DNA of 64,000 nucleotides from Paraspadella gotoi (GCA_051294375.1 CM119266.1:11217212-11281211), one strand, 5' to 3'. Shown: positions 1-11,835, numbered from the stretch's first letter. The notes: generated from the sequence alone by a model not told the origin. Numbers and translations are program-made.

Positions 1-319
1 GTTGCTGGTCCTTCAGAACGCGAGGACGAGGGGACTTGCCAATGGGGACCGGCCTCTGGAGTCGGAACAGCAAGGAGTTGACGAGAAGGCGAAGAGGGGC
101 GTAGAATAAACCGGACCGATGAAGGATCGTCACATAAAAAAGAAACGTAAAAAACAGGAATTAGACATCAATTCATTTCTAAAAAAACGCCAAAACCCTC
201 CCCCCTCCCTCTCCCCAACCCAAGCCCAATCCTCCAAGCCACGAGAAAAAAAGGGTGGTGAACCAAAAAGGGGCGGAAGGCGGGTTCGTGGCCGACGTGA
301 GAACGAATCGGAATTTTTT

Positions 320-1167
320 TATCATCGGTCCGCCTCGCCACGAATGCTCCCTAACGAGAAGGCGAAGTGTTGGGGAAAAAATCGAAAGAGAAAAATAAAG
401 GAGAAACAAAAAAGGGAGGCGAGGCGAACGTAACCAAAGGATACGTAACTAAATTTAAAATACTGGAAAAAACCCCAAACTGAAGGAACGACGGACAAAA
501 TAAACTCACCGTCGTAAATCCTCCAAGTGGTGCCGCGTATCGCGGCGGTGCTCGTCAAACTCCTTCCTCATGCTGTTCAGCGACGACGTAAGAGTCGCTA
601 GGACCGACTCCAGTCCTCCAGTCTCGGCGCCCGGAAAATTCGACGGGGCTGTTAACTGGGCGCACGAGGCCCAGGCTCCGGAGCGGAGGGGGCGGTGGAG
701 GTGGTGGTGGCGGCGGGGGAGAGACCACTCGAGTCCCGCTGGACCCCTCTCCCCCTGCAGGGGCCTCTCTTCCCTTTCTTCGGTCATGAGATCTCTCAGA
801 CCGCGCATTGCGATCGTAATTCTTCTCCAAACGATCGGTCCGATCAGAAGACATAATGAGGAATGGATTTAGATCGGAAAATTCGACGAAATAACGTGAA
901 AAGTCCAAAAAAACGCGAAAAAATCAGAGTCAAAGAACCGAACTTTGAGCGCGCGAAAAAAGAAGTGAGCATTTCGTAGGCCCGGATGTCGAAGAGGACT
1001 GGCTCCCGCTCCAGGGCGGCGCTGATTGGTCGGCGGATCGGGCCGACTTTTGTACAGTTTTTTCTTTCGTTTGTCTTTTGTTTTACTTCGTTTTTTCTCT
1101 GATAAACGCGCGATATACCGGACTAGCCGTGACAAAAGAGCATTCGTGGCGAGGCGGACCGATGATA
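320..1167. repeat. Perfect 30-bp inverted repeat pair (320-349 and 1138-1167)
   Basis: TATCATCGGTCCGCCTCGCCACGAATGCTC at 320-349; GAGCATTCGTGGCGAGGCGGACCGATGATA at 1138-1167. Confidence 0.95.
506..854 (-). CDS. Possible Gag/ORF1-like N-terminal fragment in two overlapping frames
   Basis: ATG at 854 gives MSSDRTDRLEKNYDRNARS...PPPPPPPP. An overlapping frame gives LESVLATLTSSLNSMRKEFDEHRRDTRHHLEDLRR (coiled-coil-like), ending at a GTGAGT donor near 509. Joining them needs a frameshift, and no diagnostic domain is present. Confidence 0.3.
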
Positions 1168-1168
1168 G

Positions 1169-1296
1169 AATTACTAGTGCTTCAAGCCATTTTAGAAAAT
1201 TTTGGTCCATTGAAAGTTTTTCAGAAATGTATTGAAGTTTTATGGGAGGTCCAAATCAAACTTCTGACCCACCCCATTGACAAAGATTGACCTCTG
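1169..1296. mobile_element. Right-end fragment of the hAT-like element family seen at 58976-60370
   Basis: Colinear similarity to 60231-60370 (..ccattttagaaaattt..tccattgaaagttt..aaacttctgacccaccccattgac..). It ends in ACCTCTG (reverse complement CAGAGGT), matching the left end TAGAGGT at 58976. Confidence 0.55.
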
Positions 1297-1343
1297 GAGA
1301 AGTCTGAGAGAGTTCAAGTTTGTAACCTTAGCTTTACTTTCCA

Positions 1344-4300
1344 TTAACAACCTGTTGTTCCATTGGTTGCAGTTGCAGAGTTTGATGATGTTGAAGATGA
1401 TGATTTCTCAGAATTCGATCCCGTGCTTTCCATGGATTTTTCACTCTCTTGAAAGATTAGAAATTTTATCAATCATTGTAATAATAATTATAATTCTAAT
1501 TCTAACAATAATTCTATCACTCCTTCAATAATCTTATTTTATACTTTAGTAATTTATATAGAATTAGGGTGAACCCGATGCGGATGAAGATGCCGAGGCC
1601 TCTTCGGATTCTAGAACCAGGTAGACACATTATGAACGTATTTAAATTAAAACTAAATTAAATTAAATTGATAAATAAAATAATTAATTAATTAATTAAT
1701 TAATTAATTAATTTAATTAATTTAATTAATTTAATTAATTTAATTAATTTAATTAATTTAAATTAATTTAAATAATTGAAAACAAATCTACCACCTGATG
1801 AAGAGACGCCAGAGTTGGCAGAATTGGAAGATGGTCCAGCGCTCGATTCAGTTGCTAGAACAATTATGAAAATTGTAAATTAAAATAACTGATTTTAGAA
1901 GTGAATGAGATGAGGTTCGTAACAATATATACCTGATTCGCTACTTGATGCTGAAGCCGATGTTTCTGAAGATTCTAATAAAAATTATGTATGGATATCA
2001 AAATGTTGTAATAATATAAAATAAAATTCTAATAAAACCTGCTGAATTCGACGAGGAGACAGCAGAGGCACTTGGTTGAGCAGAAGATCCAGATTCAGCG
2101 CTTGATCGGATTTCTAGATAAATTGTAAAACTTGAGAATTTAGTTTAAATTTTAATTTTAATTTAATCTAATTTAAATTTTAAATAGTTACCAATTTTAA
2201 GCTATCAATATTTGGTTTAAAAATGTTTTAAACTCAAACGCTATTATTCAAAGAAAACCTGCGGCGCTACTTGAAGGCTCAGACGCTGATTCCGAATCTT
2301 TTGCGGATTCTGATTTAACATTATATTTATTCATTGAAGTTTTTTGAGAATATAAAATAAAAAATAACCCTGTCAATTCTCTAGTAAGAAAACCTGCTGA
2401 AATCATTGGGGTGAGGGCAGAGTTATTCGAACTGGCCGAGAAACTGGTTATTTCATCACATGAGACCTGCGATACTTGATGTTTCACTGGCGGATCCGGA
2501 AGTTTGTTCAGATTCTAATACAATTTGTAAATGTATAAATATTTCAAGCAAATGTCAATTTTTTTTTTAAATTACAATGCATTTTTTTCAAGAACCTGCA
2601 GAGTTCGAAGCTGATACAGCGGATGAAGCAGCTTCAGCACTTGATTCTGTTTCGTAATAAATATTAATTTTTATATAATTAATAAAAAATAAATTTTAAA
2701 TCTATGGTAGTCAATGGCAATGGTTTATTGGCATGTATTATCTGAAATATTAAATCATTTCTTACCTGTGGCATTATTTGATGCAATTGGTGATGAGATT
2801 GCCGAAGATTCGCTCTTACTCTTATTTGTAGATTCTAAGCAAATACCAATTACCAATGTATCAAAGCTACATTTTTTACATTTTATATAGATAACCTAAT
2901 GATTCTAAGCTTGGAAATACCAATGCAACCATTTCGTTCACCTTGACTACTACTTTCAGGGACTGAAGGACTTCCGCTGTTTTCAGAACCTAAAATAAAT
3001 ATATATAAAATATTATATATTATTATAATTTATTATTTATTTTATATTATTATTATCATATTATATTATTATGTTAAACCCATACCCTTAACCCTTAATT
3101 TTTTAGAATTATTTTTAAGATAAAATTGTAATTTTCAACAATATAAATAAAAAACCCTTAAAATTTTCACAATATTCTCACAATATTCTTAATATTCCGC
3201 CAAAAATTCACGAACCATTCGCAGCGAGCTGACCCTTCAACTCTTCAATTTTCTTCGTCAGTTGAAGCTGCTTCTTGGCGCTCGCCTTCGCCGCCTGGAT
3301 TCTCTTCTGCACGTTGGCCTCTTTGAGCTTCAACAGCATTTCCTTTCTCTTCTTCAAATCGTTCTCGTTGGACTCGACCTGCTCGTTCAAATCCGAATTC
3401 TCCTTCTCCAAATTCTTCAACTGACTCTTGAGACTCTCGATCTTCGCGTTCGTTTCGATCATCAACTTATCGTTGTCTTCGATCGCTTTGTTCTCTCTCG
3501 CCTTTTCCTCCTTCATCTCCGACTCTTTCTCCTCGATGGCCTCTTTTGCCTTTTTCTTTTCCATCTCGATCGCGGCCTCTTTGGCCTGAATCGTCTCCTC
3601 GTTCGCCTTTTCCTCCTTCGCCTCTTTCACCTTCTCGTTTTCCAGCTCGACTTGATTCTTCTTCTTCTCTTCCTCTAATTTCTTCTCTCCTTCCGCCTTT
3701 AAATCCTCCTTCTCTTCTTCCGCCTTTTTCTTGTCCGCCTTAACGCCCTCTTCCACCAGCTTGGCCTCCTGTTTCAACATGCCGAACATTTTGTGCTGAT
3801 CCATGGAGACTTTGTTCGTCAACATCTTGTCGTGGTCGTTGGCTTTTTTCAGGGTCTCCGCCTCGTTCTCGATTTTCTCGGCCACCGAATCGATCTCGCT
3901 CGTGTCGCCCTCGATGTCGTCGATCGTCTCTTCCGTTTTGTTCACGTTGTACTCGATATTTTTGTTTTGGTTCTCGAACTGATCGGAAGATGGCGCCGAT
4001 TCTTCTCCCTCGCCTTTTTCATCATTCTCTGCGACGTCAACAGTATCATCGTTTCCTTTATTTTCAGCATCGGTATTATTTTCGGCATTGTCGTTCTTCT
4101 TTCCGTCAGCATCGCTATCGCCTTTCCCAGCGTCGTTGTCGTCCCCTTTTCTTTTGTCTCCGTTTCCATTTGCCGCATTCACATGGTTGGTATTCGGCTG
4201 CCTGTTAGGTCCTTGGTCGCCGTCTCCCTTCCCTTCGTAGGTGTCAGCAAATTCCTTCAGGTATTCCAAAACTTCCTCGATGATTTGACCGCGACTTTCT

Positions 4301-4335
<35 letters not shown>

Positions 4336-4358
4336 TCCATTATCATCAACGGTGTCGT

Positions 4359-4396
<38 letters not shown>

Positions 4397-7036
4397 GCGG
4401 CGTTGACTACGACCTTTTTCGCATTTGCATTACCGCCAACTTTCTGATCATTTTCATTTCCCTTGCTCTCGTACAGTTTCTGTCCTTGCTTGACTTTATA
4501 TTTTCTCTCTCGTTTTTTCTTTTTTTCTTTTTCTTTCTTTCCCTTTTTCTTTTCTTTGACGTGACCCGTATCGCGGTGAATGTTGTCCGGAACTTCTTTG
4601 TCTCCATCTCCTTCATCTACTCCCCCTTCTCCCTCTTCAGTTCTTTCCCCAATTTCTTCGTCTTCGATCTGCCACTGGTTGAAATCGTCGTCGTCGGCGT
4701 CGTCGTCGTCGTCGTCGCTTTCGTTCACGTTTTTGTCGTCGTCGTCGTCGCTTTCGTCGCCATCGTCGTTGGCGTCGTCGTAGCGGGACTTCTTAGGGTG
4801 CTGAGGGTTTTAATGATAGAAAAGGTATCTTTTTTAAAATTTATTTTGATATTAATTGTCACAAAGGAGCAGAGGAACGTAATTTAGTTGATTAAAATGT
4901 CCAATTCCAATCACTGTTTTTGAAGAGATGTGGTGAGATGGCTAGAAGTGAATCATTTATGACGTATTGATAAATAGAATATTTAATATTCTCATAAAGA
5001 AAAAAAAACAGAGAGACCGACCGACCGACCAAAAACTCTCTTAAGAAAAAGGGTCATTCAAATCAACTTTAAAATAGGCAAAAATGAAGTATAGATTCAA
5101 AAAGCTGAGCTCCTGGCAATTCCGAAAATGTATTCTCTTTAAACATTTGATGCATTCTACGCCATTTTATATCGGTTTTAATTATAATATAAAATAAAAG
5201 AAACCTATCTGAACTGAAGAGTTGCAGGTCAAACAAAAAAGCCAATCCATCTCATATTTTTTTATAAATTTTTATTAGTGAATTAAAAAAATGTAATTGA
5301 GAGACATTTTTAAATTTCAACTTGTATTCTTGAAATTCAAACGTTTTTAGACTTTAACCATAAATTCTTCCTCACTGGAACGCGTTTATCGAAATGTCTC
5401 TCTATTACATTTTCACAAATGTTTTAAGATTGCTAATCAAATTTTTAAATCATTAATATTGCAGTCGTTTAGGCTGCAACTCTTCAAAGTCAGTGTAGAT
5501 TCAGTGTAGACCGTATTTCTTTACCATCTATTTAAATAAAGATTTTGTTCAACAGAGTAACAAGATTAATTGTTTAACTCTCCCCTTCTAAATTATCCCT
5601 TACCGTGTTTTAACTTCTTACCTAGAATTTTTTATCAACCATATTGAAAAAAAAATATTTAAAAAATGTGCTTACTGATTTAATTTAACAATTTTGTTAT
5701 TTACCGATTTAAAAAAAATGATTGAAAACAGAATGCTTACAATGCTCAAAAAATTATCCATTCCCACCCCTTTCTGTTCAGCCTCTTAGATATTATGATT
5801 TTTCATTAATGACTTTCTAACAGAAATGATGTGTGATATCTATTAGAAAACTAGGACAGATAGTAATCTAACCTTGTGTTGTATAGATGCTCCCTCTATT
5901 TCCAGAAGACAACACTGACTTCCCCTTCCCAAATTGTATTATTAGATAAATAAAACATTTTTAAAAAAGAAAGCAATATATGTTTGAATAAATAATATAG
6001 ATTAAATACTAAATCCTTCATAAAAATATCAAAATATTAAAATAGAAAAATGAAAAATAGTGAAACAAGTAATTTGCAAATTTTCATATAAATAAAAACT
6101 TTTTTTTTTTGGTGATATGGTGGACTAAAATCCACCAACCGGTTCTGTCACTAACACATAATAATTACTGTCTCTTCAGTGATTACTGGTGATTACGATG
6201 TATTTCTCGATGTATTAGCTCTAATACATCAAAGATTACGCATTGTTAAAGTGAATGAGCTTTCCTCTCAAAGAGTCACGGCTCGCCTCACCGGCGCCGG
6301 TTGAGGGACGTCGTTAATGGTGGAGGAGAAGAGATCGTTGTCACCGATTCCCATTTTATCGTCGGAGACCTGATGGTCGATGTCCACTTCGTCCGAGAAG
6401 GAGGAATAGACGCCGCTGCCCTTGCGGCCGTTCCAGCCGTTGCTGGGGTAGCCGCCGCGTTTGTAGGCGGCGCCTCCTCCGTATCCATTGCGGACTGCAT
6501 CTGGTTGAGGAAGTTTGAAGAGGGGATTGAGAAAAGTTCATATTATTCGAGGGAAAATTTAGATTCAATTCTTCTTTAAAAGATCCTGAAAAAAAAAAAA
6601 AAAGATTATGAAATTTACTGCTTTCCAACTGGTTTCCGCCTCCGTGTCCGGGGTGTTTGGCACTTTCGGCGCTCTCATCGGAATAGCCCTCGATTTCGTC
6701 CACAGCCTCGTAGTTCTGAGTCCGTTTATTTAGAAATTGATTTATAAAAATTTTAATAAACTATTAAAAAACAAACAAACTACTCTTATTTCAGATATTA
6801 GAGTTCTTCGAACATCAGTTTTTTGTAAAACCAGTAATAAAGAAAAGTCGTGAAAAATTTTTTGACAATTCATACAATATACATGTATTTTTACCAGTGA
6901 CACAACAAAGTGAAGAAGATAAAACCCTCTTTATTTACCTCCATTATTTTTTTGATGAGGGAAGGACTGAGGCCAAATTTCATCGCATCGCGACGAGATT
7001 TTTCGATCTGCGACGAAAAGAGAGAGAGAGAGAGAG

Positions 7037-7093
<57 letters not shown>

Positions 7094-7495
7094 AGAGAGA
7101 GAAGGAGAGAGAGAGAGAGAAAGAGGTTTTTAATCGGATCGAAGCCTTAGATTTCGAGGGAGGGTGGGGGATCGAAAGAGGATAAGTGTCTCGGGGATTG
7201 GGATTGAAAGGGGAAGGGTGCAGGGCAGTTTCGGGAAAACCCGCAACGTTTCCAATACCACGTCAATCTCAGCGAGAGAGAGAAAACGACGAAGGCATTA
7301 TTGAGGATTCCTCCTTCGACGAAGAAGACGACGAGAGCGAAGACGACGAATCGACCACGAAAAAATCCAACCCTCACTCACCCGCCCTTACCCTCTTCTC
7401 AGCTTTCTACTCACCGAGCTCGAGTCTCGTAACGGATTGGCGCGGACGAGGGTCGCCGCCAGCGCCGCCGCTACGAAATAATAATAGCAACGCAT
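1344..7495 (-). CDS. Multi-exon gene for a secreted, acidic, low-complexity protein (~850 aa): signal peptide, Gly/Tyr segment, Asp-rich region, Glu/Lys coiled coil, Ser/Ala-rich tail
   Basis: Phase-compatible GT-AG exons: 7415-7495 (MRCYYYFVAAALAATLVRANPLRDSSS), 6619-6715, 6292-6500 (NAVRNGYGGGAAYKRGGYPSNGWNGRK..., not the ORF-track frame), 3216-4800, then 2942-2989, 2766-2834, 2596-2646, 2467-2514, 2259-2309, 2039-2113, 1933-1974, 1795-1854, 1575-1610, 1352-1447. The 3' end is uncertain: read-through stop at 1344-1346, or further splicing at 1351. Confidence 0.8.
1678..1775. repeat. Intronic (TTAA)n/(TTTAATTAA)n AT tandem repeat
   Basis: Directly visible; lies between exons 1575-1610 and 1795-1854. 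Confidence 0.9.
3216..4800 (-). CDS. Large internal exon (1585 bp) of the secreted acidic protein
   Basis: Contains the 506-aa ORF 3208-4728. CAG acceptor at 4801-4803 (phase 0, HPKKSRYDD...) and donor GTTCGT after AAT G (phase 1). Poly-Asp and poly-Ala tracts plus a long E/K-rich helical segment. Confidence 0.85.
5205..5498. mobile_element. MITE-like element (~290 bp) in an intron
   Basis: Perfect 13-bp inverted core TGAAGAGTTGCAG (5215-5227) / CTGCAACTCTTCA (5474-5486) within ~30-bp imperfect inverted ends. AT-rich non-coding interior. Confidence 0.45.
7017..7125. repeat. (GA)n microsatellite, representative of dozens in the window
   Basis: Directly visible. Other long runs at ~9313-9398, 10228-10326, 22759-22896, 48062-48210, 55105-55405, 61308-61432. 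Confidence 0.95.
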
Positions 7496-7922
7496 TGGAC
7501 GACTTTTTTTTAGTTTGGTTCGGCGTTGGAGTTCGGTATGAGAGAGAATTAAGGGTCGATATTTATTTACTGTGGATCGAATTAGCGCGGAGAAGCGTCA
7601 AGGGTTTTTGTTGGAAAACGAAATTGTGGGCGATTGATTTAAATTTTTTTTTTGCTTGTTAAATTTAAAAAAACCTTTACGAACTTGACTAAAAAAAGCT
7701 AATATATACAATAAAACGATCTCGACTAAAACAAACAAAAATACAACACATCAACTACAAAAAAAACACAAAACAAACAAACACAAAATATTAAAAAGGC
7801 GTAACTTGCATTGTGCTTGCTCAGATTTACAGGGTTCGACGACTCCTAGCGCCGTCACGCGATGACTTTTAACGCCTCAATTAGCTTCGCGCCAACGACG
7901 ATGCTCTTTTTTTTCCTCGCCT

Positions 7923-8126
<204 letters not shown>

Positions 8127-8140
8127 CTCCCCTCCTCGCC

Positions 8141-9311
8141 GTGAGAATAACAACTAAATAAAACCCGATAACGTATGAGAGACTCGGCCTCTTATTTGAA
8201 ATGCAGAGTTCCGCAATGATTTGCATACTTGAATCTTCTTTTCCCCATTTGCATTTTACAATCATCTCCGCCTCCCTTCGATTCCCTTTTAGTTCTGGCG
8301 GCAATCGCTGGGCGTCGCCTCTGTCGAAGGCGACGACGACGACGACAACGATGAGTACGACTTCGCCGGTGAAGAAGATTAAGTTGCAGACGATGACGAC
8401 GACGATGAAAGACGACGATGTCTGCGTCAATGATGACGAGGAGGAGAACGACAAAGGCGATGACGACGGCAGCGATGCCGACAACAATGAGGACGACGAC
8501 AACGACATAGGCGACGGAAATACCGAGAACAAAGCCAACGATTATGTTCACAATCACGGAGATAAAGAAAGTAATGCGGAAAATACGAAGACATAGACAA
8601 AGACGACGACGACAATCGACGAGTCAATTCTTAAATTCTTTAAAAAAGAAAAGAAAATGCTTAATACGTTCGCAACTAGACGACAATGTTTACGGCGATA
8701 AATACCGTTATTATTTCAGATTTTCAAGGAACAAACGCGAGTACAACTTGTCTCGCTTCTCGAAAGATAATGTCATCTTTTAACTTAACGTTTGCCAATC
8801 GGATGTCACTTTAAAAACTCACTGCTTTTCTGATAAAGATTAAAAAAAAAAAACTTTAACAGTGATCAAAACCTGTCGATGACATCCAACACCTTCATGT
8901 CATTTATTATTTTTTTCATAACGTTTGCCTTTTTTTAAAAATAAAACCTTCTCCCGATGCATTGTTTGTTTATATTGTTATTGCTACTGGACAGTTTTAG
9001 TTTGTTTTTCTCACTTCTAAGTTTATATCGAAACGAATTTCTCCTATCCGTATTTTTCGTTCTTTATTTTGTTCTTTATTCCGTTCCTCAATTCGTTCTC
9101 TGTTCTCACTCTCCGCCGCGACTAAGTCCTCGCTAAGTCTCAGTCACGTGACCTCCGTTTTCCCTCATTAGCGGAAAAGAAAAAGAAAAAAATGGAGAAA
9201 AAAAAACCCAAAAATAATAAAAGGAATATATTGAGAAGGAAGGAGATTTGAGAAACGACTAATAAGATTAGGAAGACCTTGCCGACGACTTTTTATACTT
9301 TCTTTTTCCCG

Positions 9312-9358
<47 letters not shown>

Positions 9359-10234
9359 TTCTCTCCTCTCTCCTCTCTCTCTCTCTCTTTCTCTCTCTAT
9401 CGCCGTTTAAACTATATATAAAGCGACGCCCGAGTAATCAAATTGAGAATAGTAAAGACTCCTTATAATTCGTATTGCGAGTTGACAGCGTCGCACATTA
9501 GTTACCATCTTGAGAATGTAATATATGTCATCGCTCTAATTATAATTAACGAGATCCTTTCGGCCAACAACAACCGAGACTTTCAAAGAAACTATTTTGT
9601 AATAAACTATTCTCATACGTGAATGCTAGTTTCACTAGAGAAATCTTTAAAAAAGAGGCAGTTGAAATTTTTTCTTTGCTAAACGACCTTTTAATTCTTT
9701 TATCCCAATCTGGTGTATAGCTTACAGTTCTCACTGTAAATTTAATTTGATTACCATTCATTGTTTTACGAGGCAGCTTACATAAATAGGTTAATAATTG
9801 CCATATATTTTTCTCTTCGCCATTTTATATGAATAATGATGTGTGAATCTGGGGCAAAGGAAAAATACATGTCAATTAAAAAAAAACTGTTTATGTATTT
9901 ACGGTTCAACAAACAGCGGTTAGATAGACAATTTCGTTTAAAAATAGAGAAAATATCAATAAAAAAAGAAAACTTTAATTACAGGAAGAGCGGTGAAGCG
10001 ATTTCTCCCTAATTTTCCGCCCAAGGTTCACAAGAAGATCGGAACACCGAATTAACCGAGAAAAATAACCTATATGCAAATTGGACAAGAAAAAAAAAGA
10101 GACCATCTGTTCATTAATAAAAGAAATGTCACTTTGGGCGTAATTTATTTTTCTTTTAGTTTTGAGATGGAAGGTGTGAGAAACACCGAACGAGGAGACA
10201 GATATTCTAACCCTCGATCGAGAAAGGGGGGAGG

Positions 10235-10329
<95 letters not shown>

Positions 10330-10709
10330 CGACAATTTTCTATCATTAAAATAATATATTCGCTTTTTTCAAAATTTAAAAATATTCCGAAAATTCATGT
10401 CATCGAGACCAAGAAACTCGTGAAGGTTTTTTTTTTTTTATTCACTTCGACTCAGAAAAACTGAATTCGTTAACGAAGAAAAAAAAAATTTCATTATTTT
10501 CGGATTTTCCTTTTTTCTTTAATTTTTTTAAGGAATTGAAACTCGTTAAAGTTTCGTCACTAACCCGAAGAAAAAAAAATCCATTTCTTCGAAAAATTTT
10601 CAGAGGCCATTATGTCTCGTCATACTTTTTCCTTTTTTTTCTTTTTTGTTCTTTTTCTTTCGTTTTCTTTTCCGCGACCTTTTCGTTGTCGCCGATTTAA
10701 GTGAAGCAT

Positions 10710-10770
<61 letters not shown>

Positions 10771-10968
10771 AATTGAGCCAAACAAGTCAATGCGCAGTCG
10801 CGCCATTTTAGCCGGCCTCGTCCGCTTCAGGTCTCCACTCGTCTTATGAAATTGGTACTTCCAATATAAAAATTATCCATTCAATTACCAAATAAGCTAT
10901 CTTGCCCCTGACTTCGTTTCTTTGTTTCTTTATTTCTTTCTTTGTTTTTTTGTTTCTTTGTTTCTTTG

Positions 10969-11045
<77 letters not shown>

Positions 11046-11328
11046 ATTTTTTTCATTTTTCTCTCTATTTCATGTTTTTTTCCCTTTCTGTTAAAAAGAT
11101 AATAAATTGACGAAAAATCCTAATGTCATCACTTTATCCTCGGACGCCGTCATTGTCATCATTGTTGTCAGTACTGTCACCCGACCGTTGGTGTCAACAT
11201 TGGCTCGGATTTGAAGAATCAGAATTCGAGAGGAAAAGTGAGAAAACAAAATGCGCGAAGGTCGGTTCGTTGACCGCCTTCGATCTTTGGTTGAGTGAGA
11301 GAGGAGAGAAGAGAGGGAGAGAGAGAGA

Positions 11329-11397
<69 letters not shown>

Positions 11398-11835
11398 GTC
11401 AGAAGAAAGACTTATATTCGAAGAAAACGAGAGAGAATAATTGCATAAATTTTCCTTTTTTTTTCTCGTCTGATTCGGAAAAAACAAGAAAAAAAAACAC
11501 ACACACACAAAAAAAAAAAAAAACCAAATAGGAAAACGACGAAAAACAATGACGAAAATTAGAAACACTTTTCACGACGTTGATGCTTTTAATTTTCATT
11601 CGGAAGTAAAATCCGTTGTCGACTTAGTCTCCATTTAGTTGTTAAAAACTCGGCTGGATCGACACCCGAGATCGAGGCGAGGGAGTGTCGATGTCTGCAT
11701 AAAATGCGAACAGAAAAGATTCGATTCCGTTTTGACGATTATTTTATTCGCGCATCGATCGAAGCCTCTTTTTTGTCGTCGAAAAGAAAATATACTGATT
11801 CGTCCCTCGTCTTCTCTCTCTCTCTCTCTCTCTCT
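8141..11835. repeat. Copy 1 (cleanest, shorter) of a triplicated segment
   Basis: Colinear with 11861-16506 and 16532-21177; ends at a 25-N gap. Confidence 0.95.
8293..8596 (+). CDS. Possible terminal exon of an unknown Thr/Asp-rich protein
   Basis: Pyrimidine-rich acceptor ...CCCTTTTAG at 8292, then SGGNRWASPLSKATTTTTTMSTTSPVKKIKLQ...DDEEENDKGDDD...ENTKT*. Upstream exons were not found; frameshifted in the other two copies. Confidence 0.3.

Larger units (their letters stand above)
1..1168. mobile_element. Candidate terminus of a larger element, possibly a DIRS-type tyrosine-recombinase retrotransposon, truncated by the window edge
   Basis: The last 30 nt (1138-1167) are the exact reverse complement of internal 320-349. 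Sequence from 1169 matches the interior of another repeat (60231-60360), whose upstream flank differs, so ~1168 is an insertion junction. No RT or recombinase ORF is visible in the window. Confidence 0.35.

Noticed and set aside
320-1167. Simple TA-flanked MITE defined by the 30-bp inverted repeats
   Set aside because: Removing it does not restore the host repeat: sequence left of 320 does not resemble the flank preceding 60231. Disfavoured, not excluded.
3262-4887. Plus-strand hydrophobic ORFs (138 aa, 364 aa)
   Set aside because: Antisense shadows of the acidic exon; poly-Val comes from (TCG)n.
6209-6230. 10-bp hairpin GATGTATTAG-CT-CTAATACATC
   Set aside because: Isolated short intronic palindrome with no supporting Helitron or ncRNA context.
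6288-6500. ORF-track peptide MQSAMDTEEAPP...
   Set aside because: Its frame is incompatible with both flanking intron phases; the alternative frame fits both and has C/G-ending codons.
7810-7856. tRNA/SINE-like GCTCAG...GGTTCGA motifs
   Set aside because: The spacing is too short and no cloverleaf can be formed.
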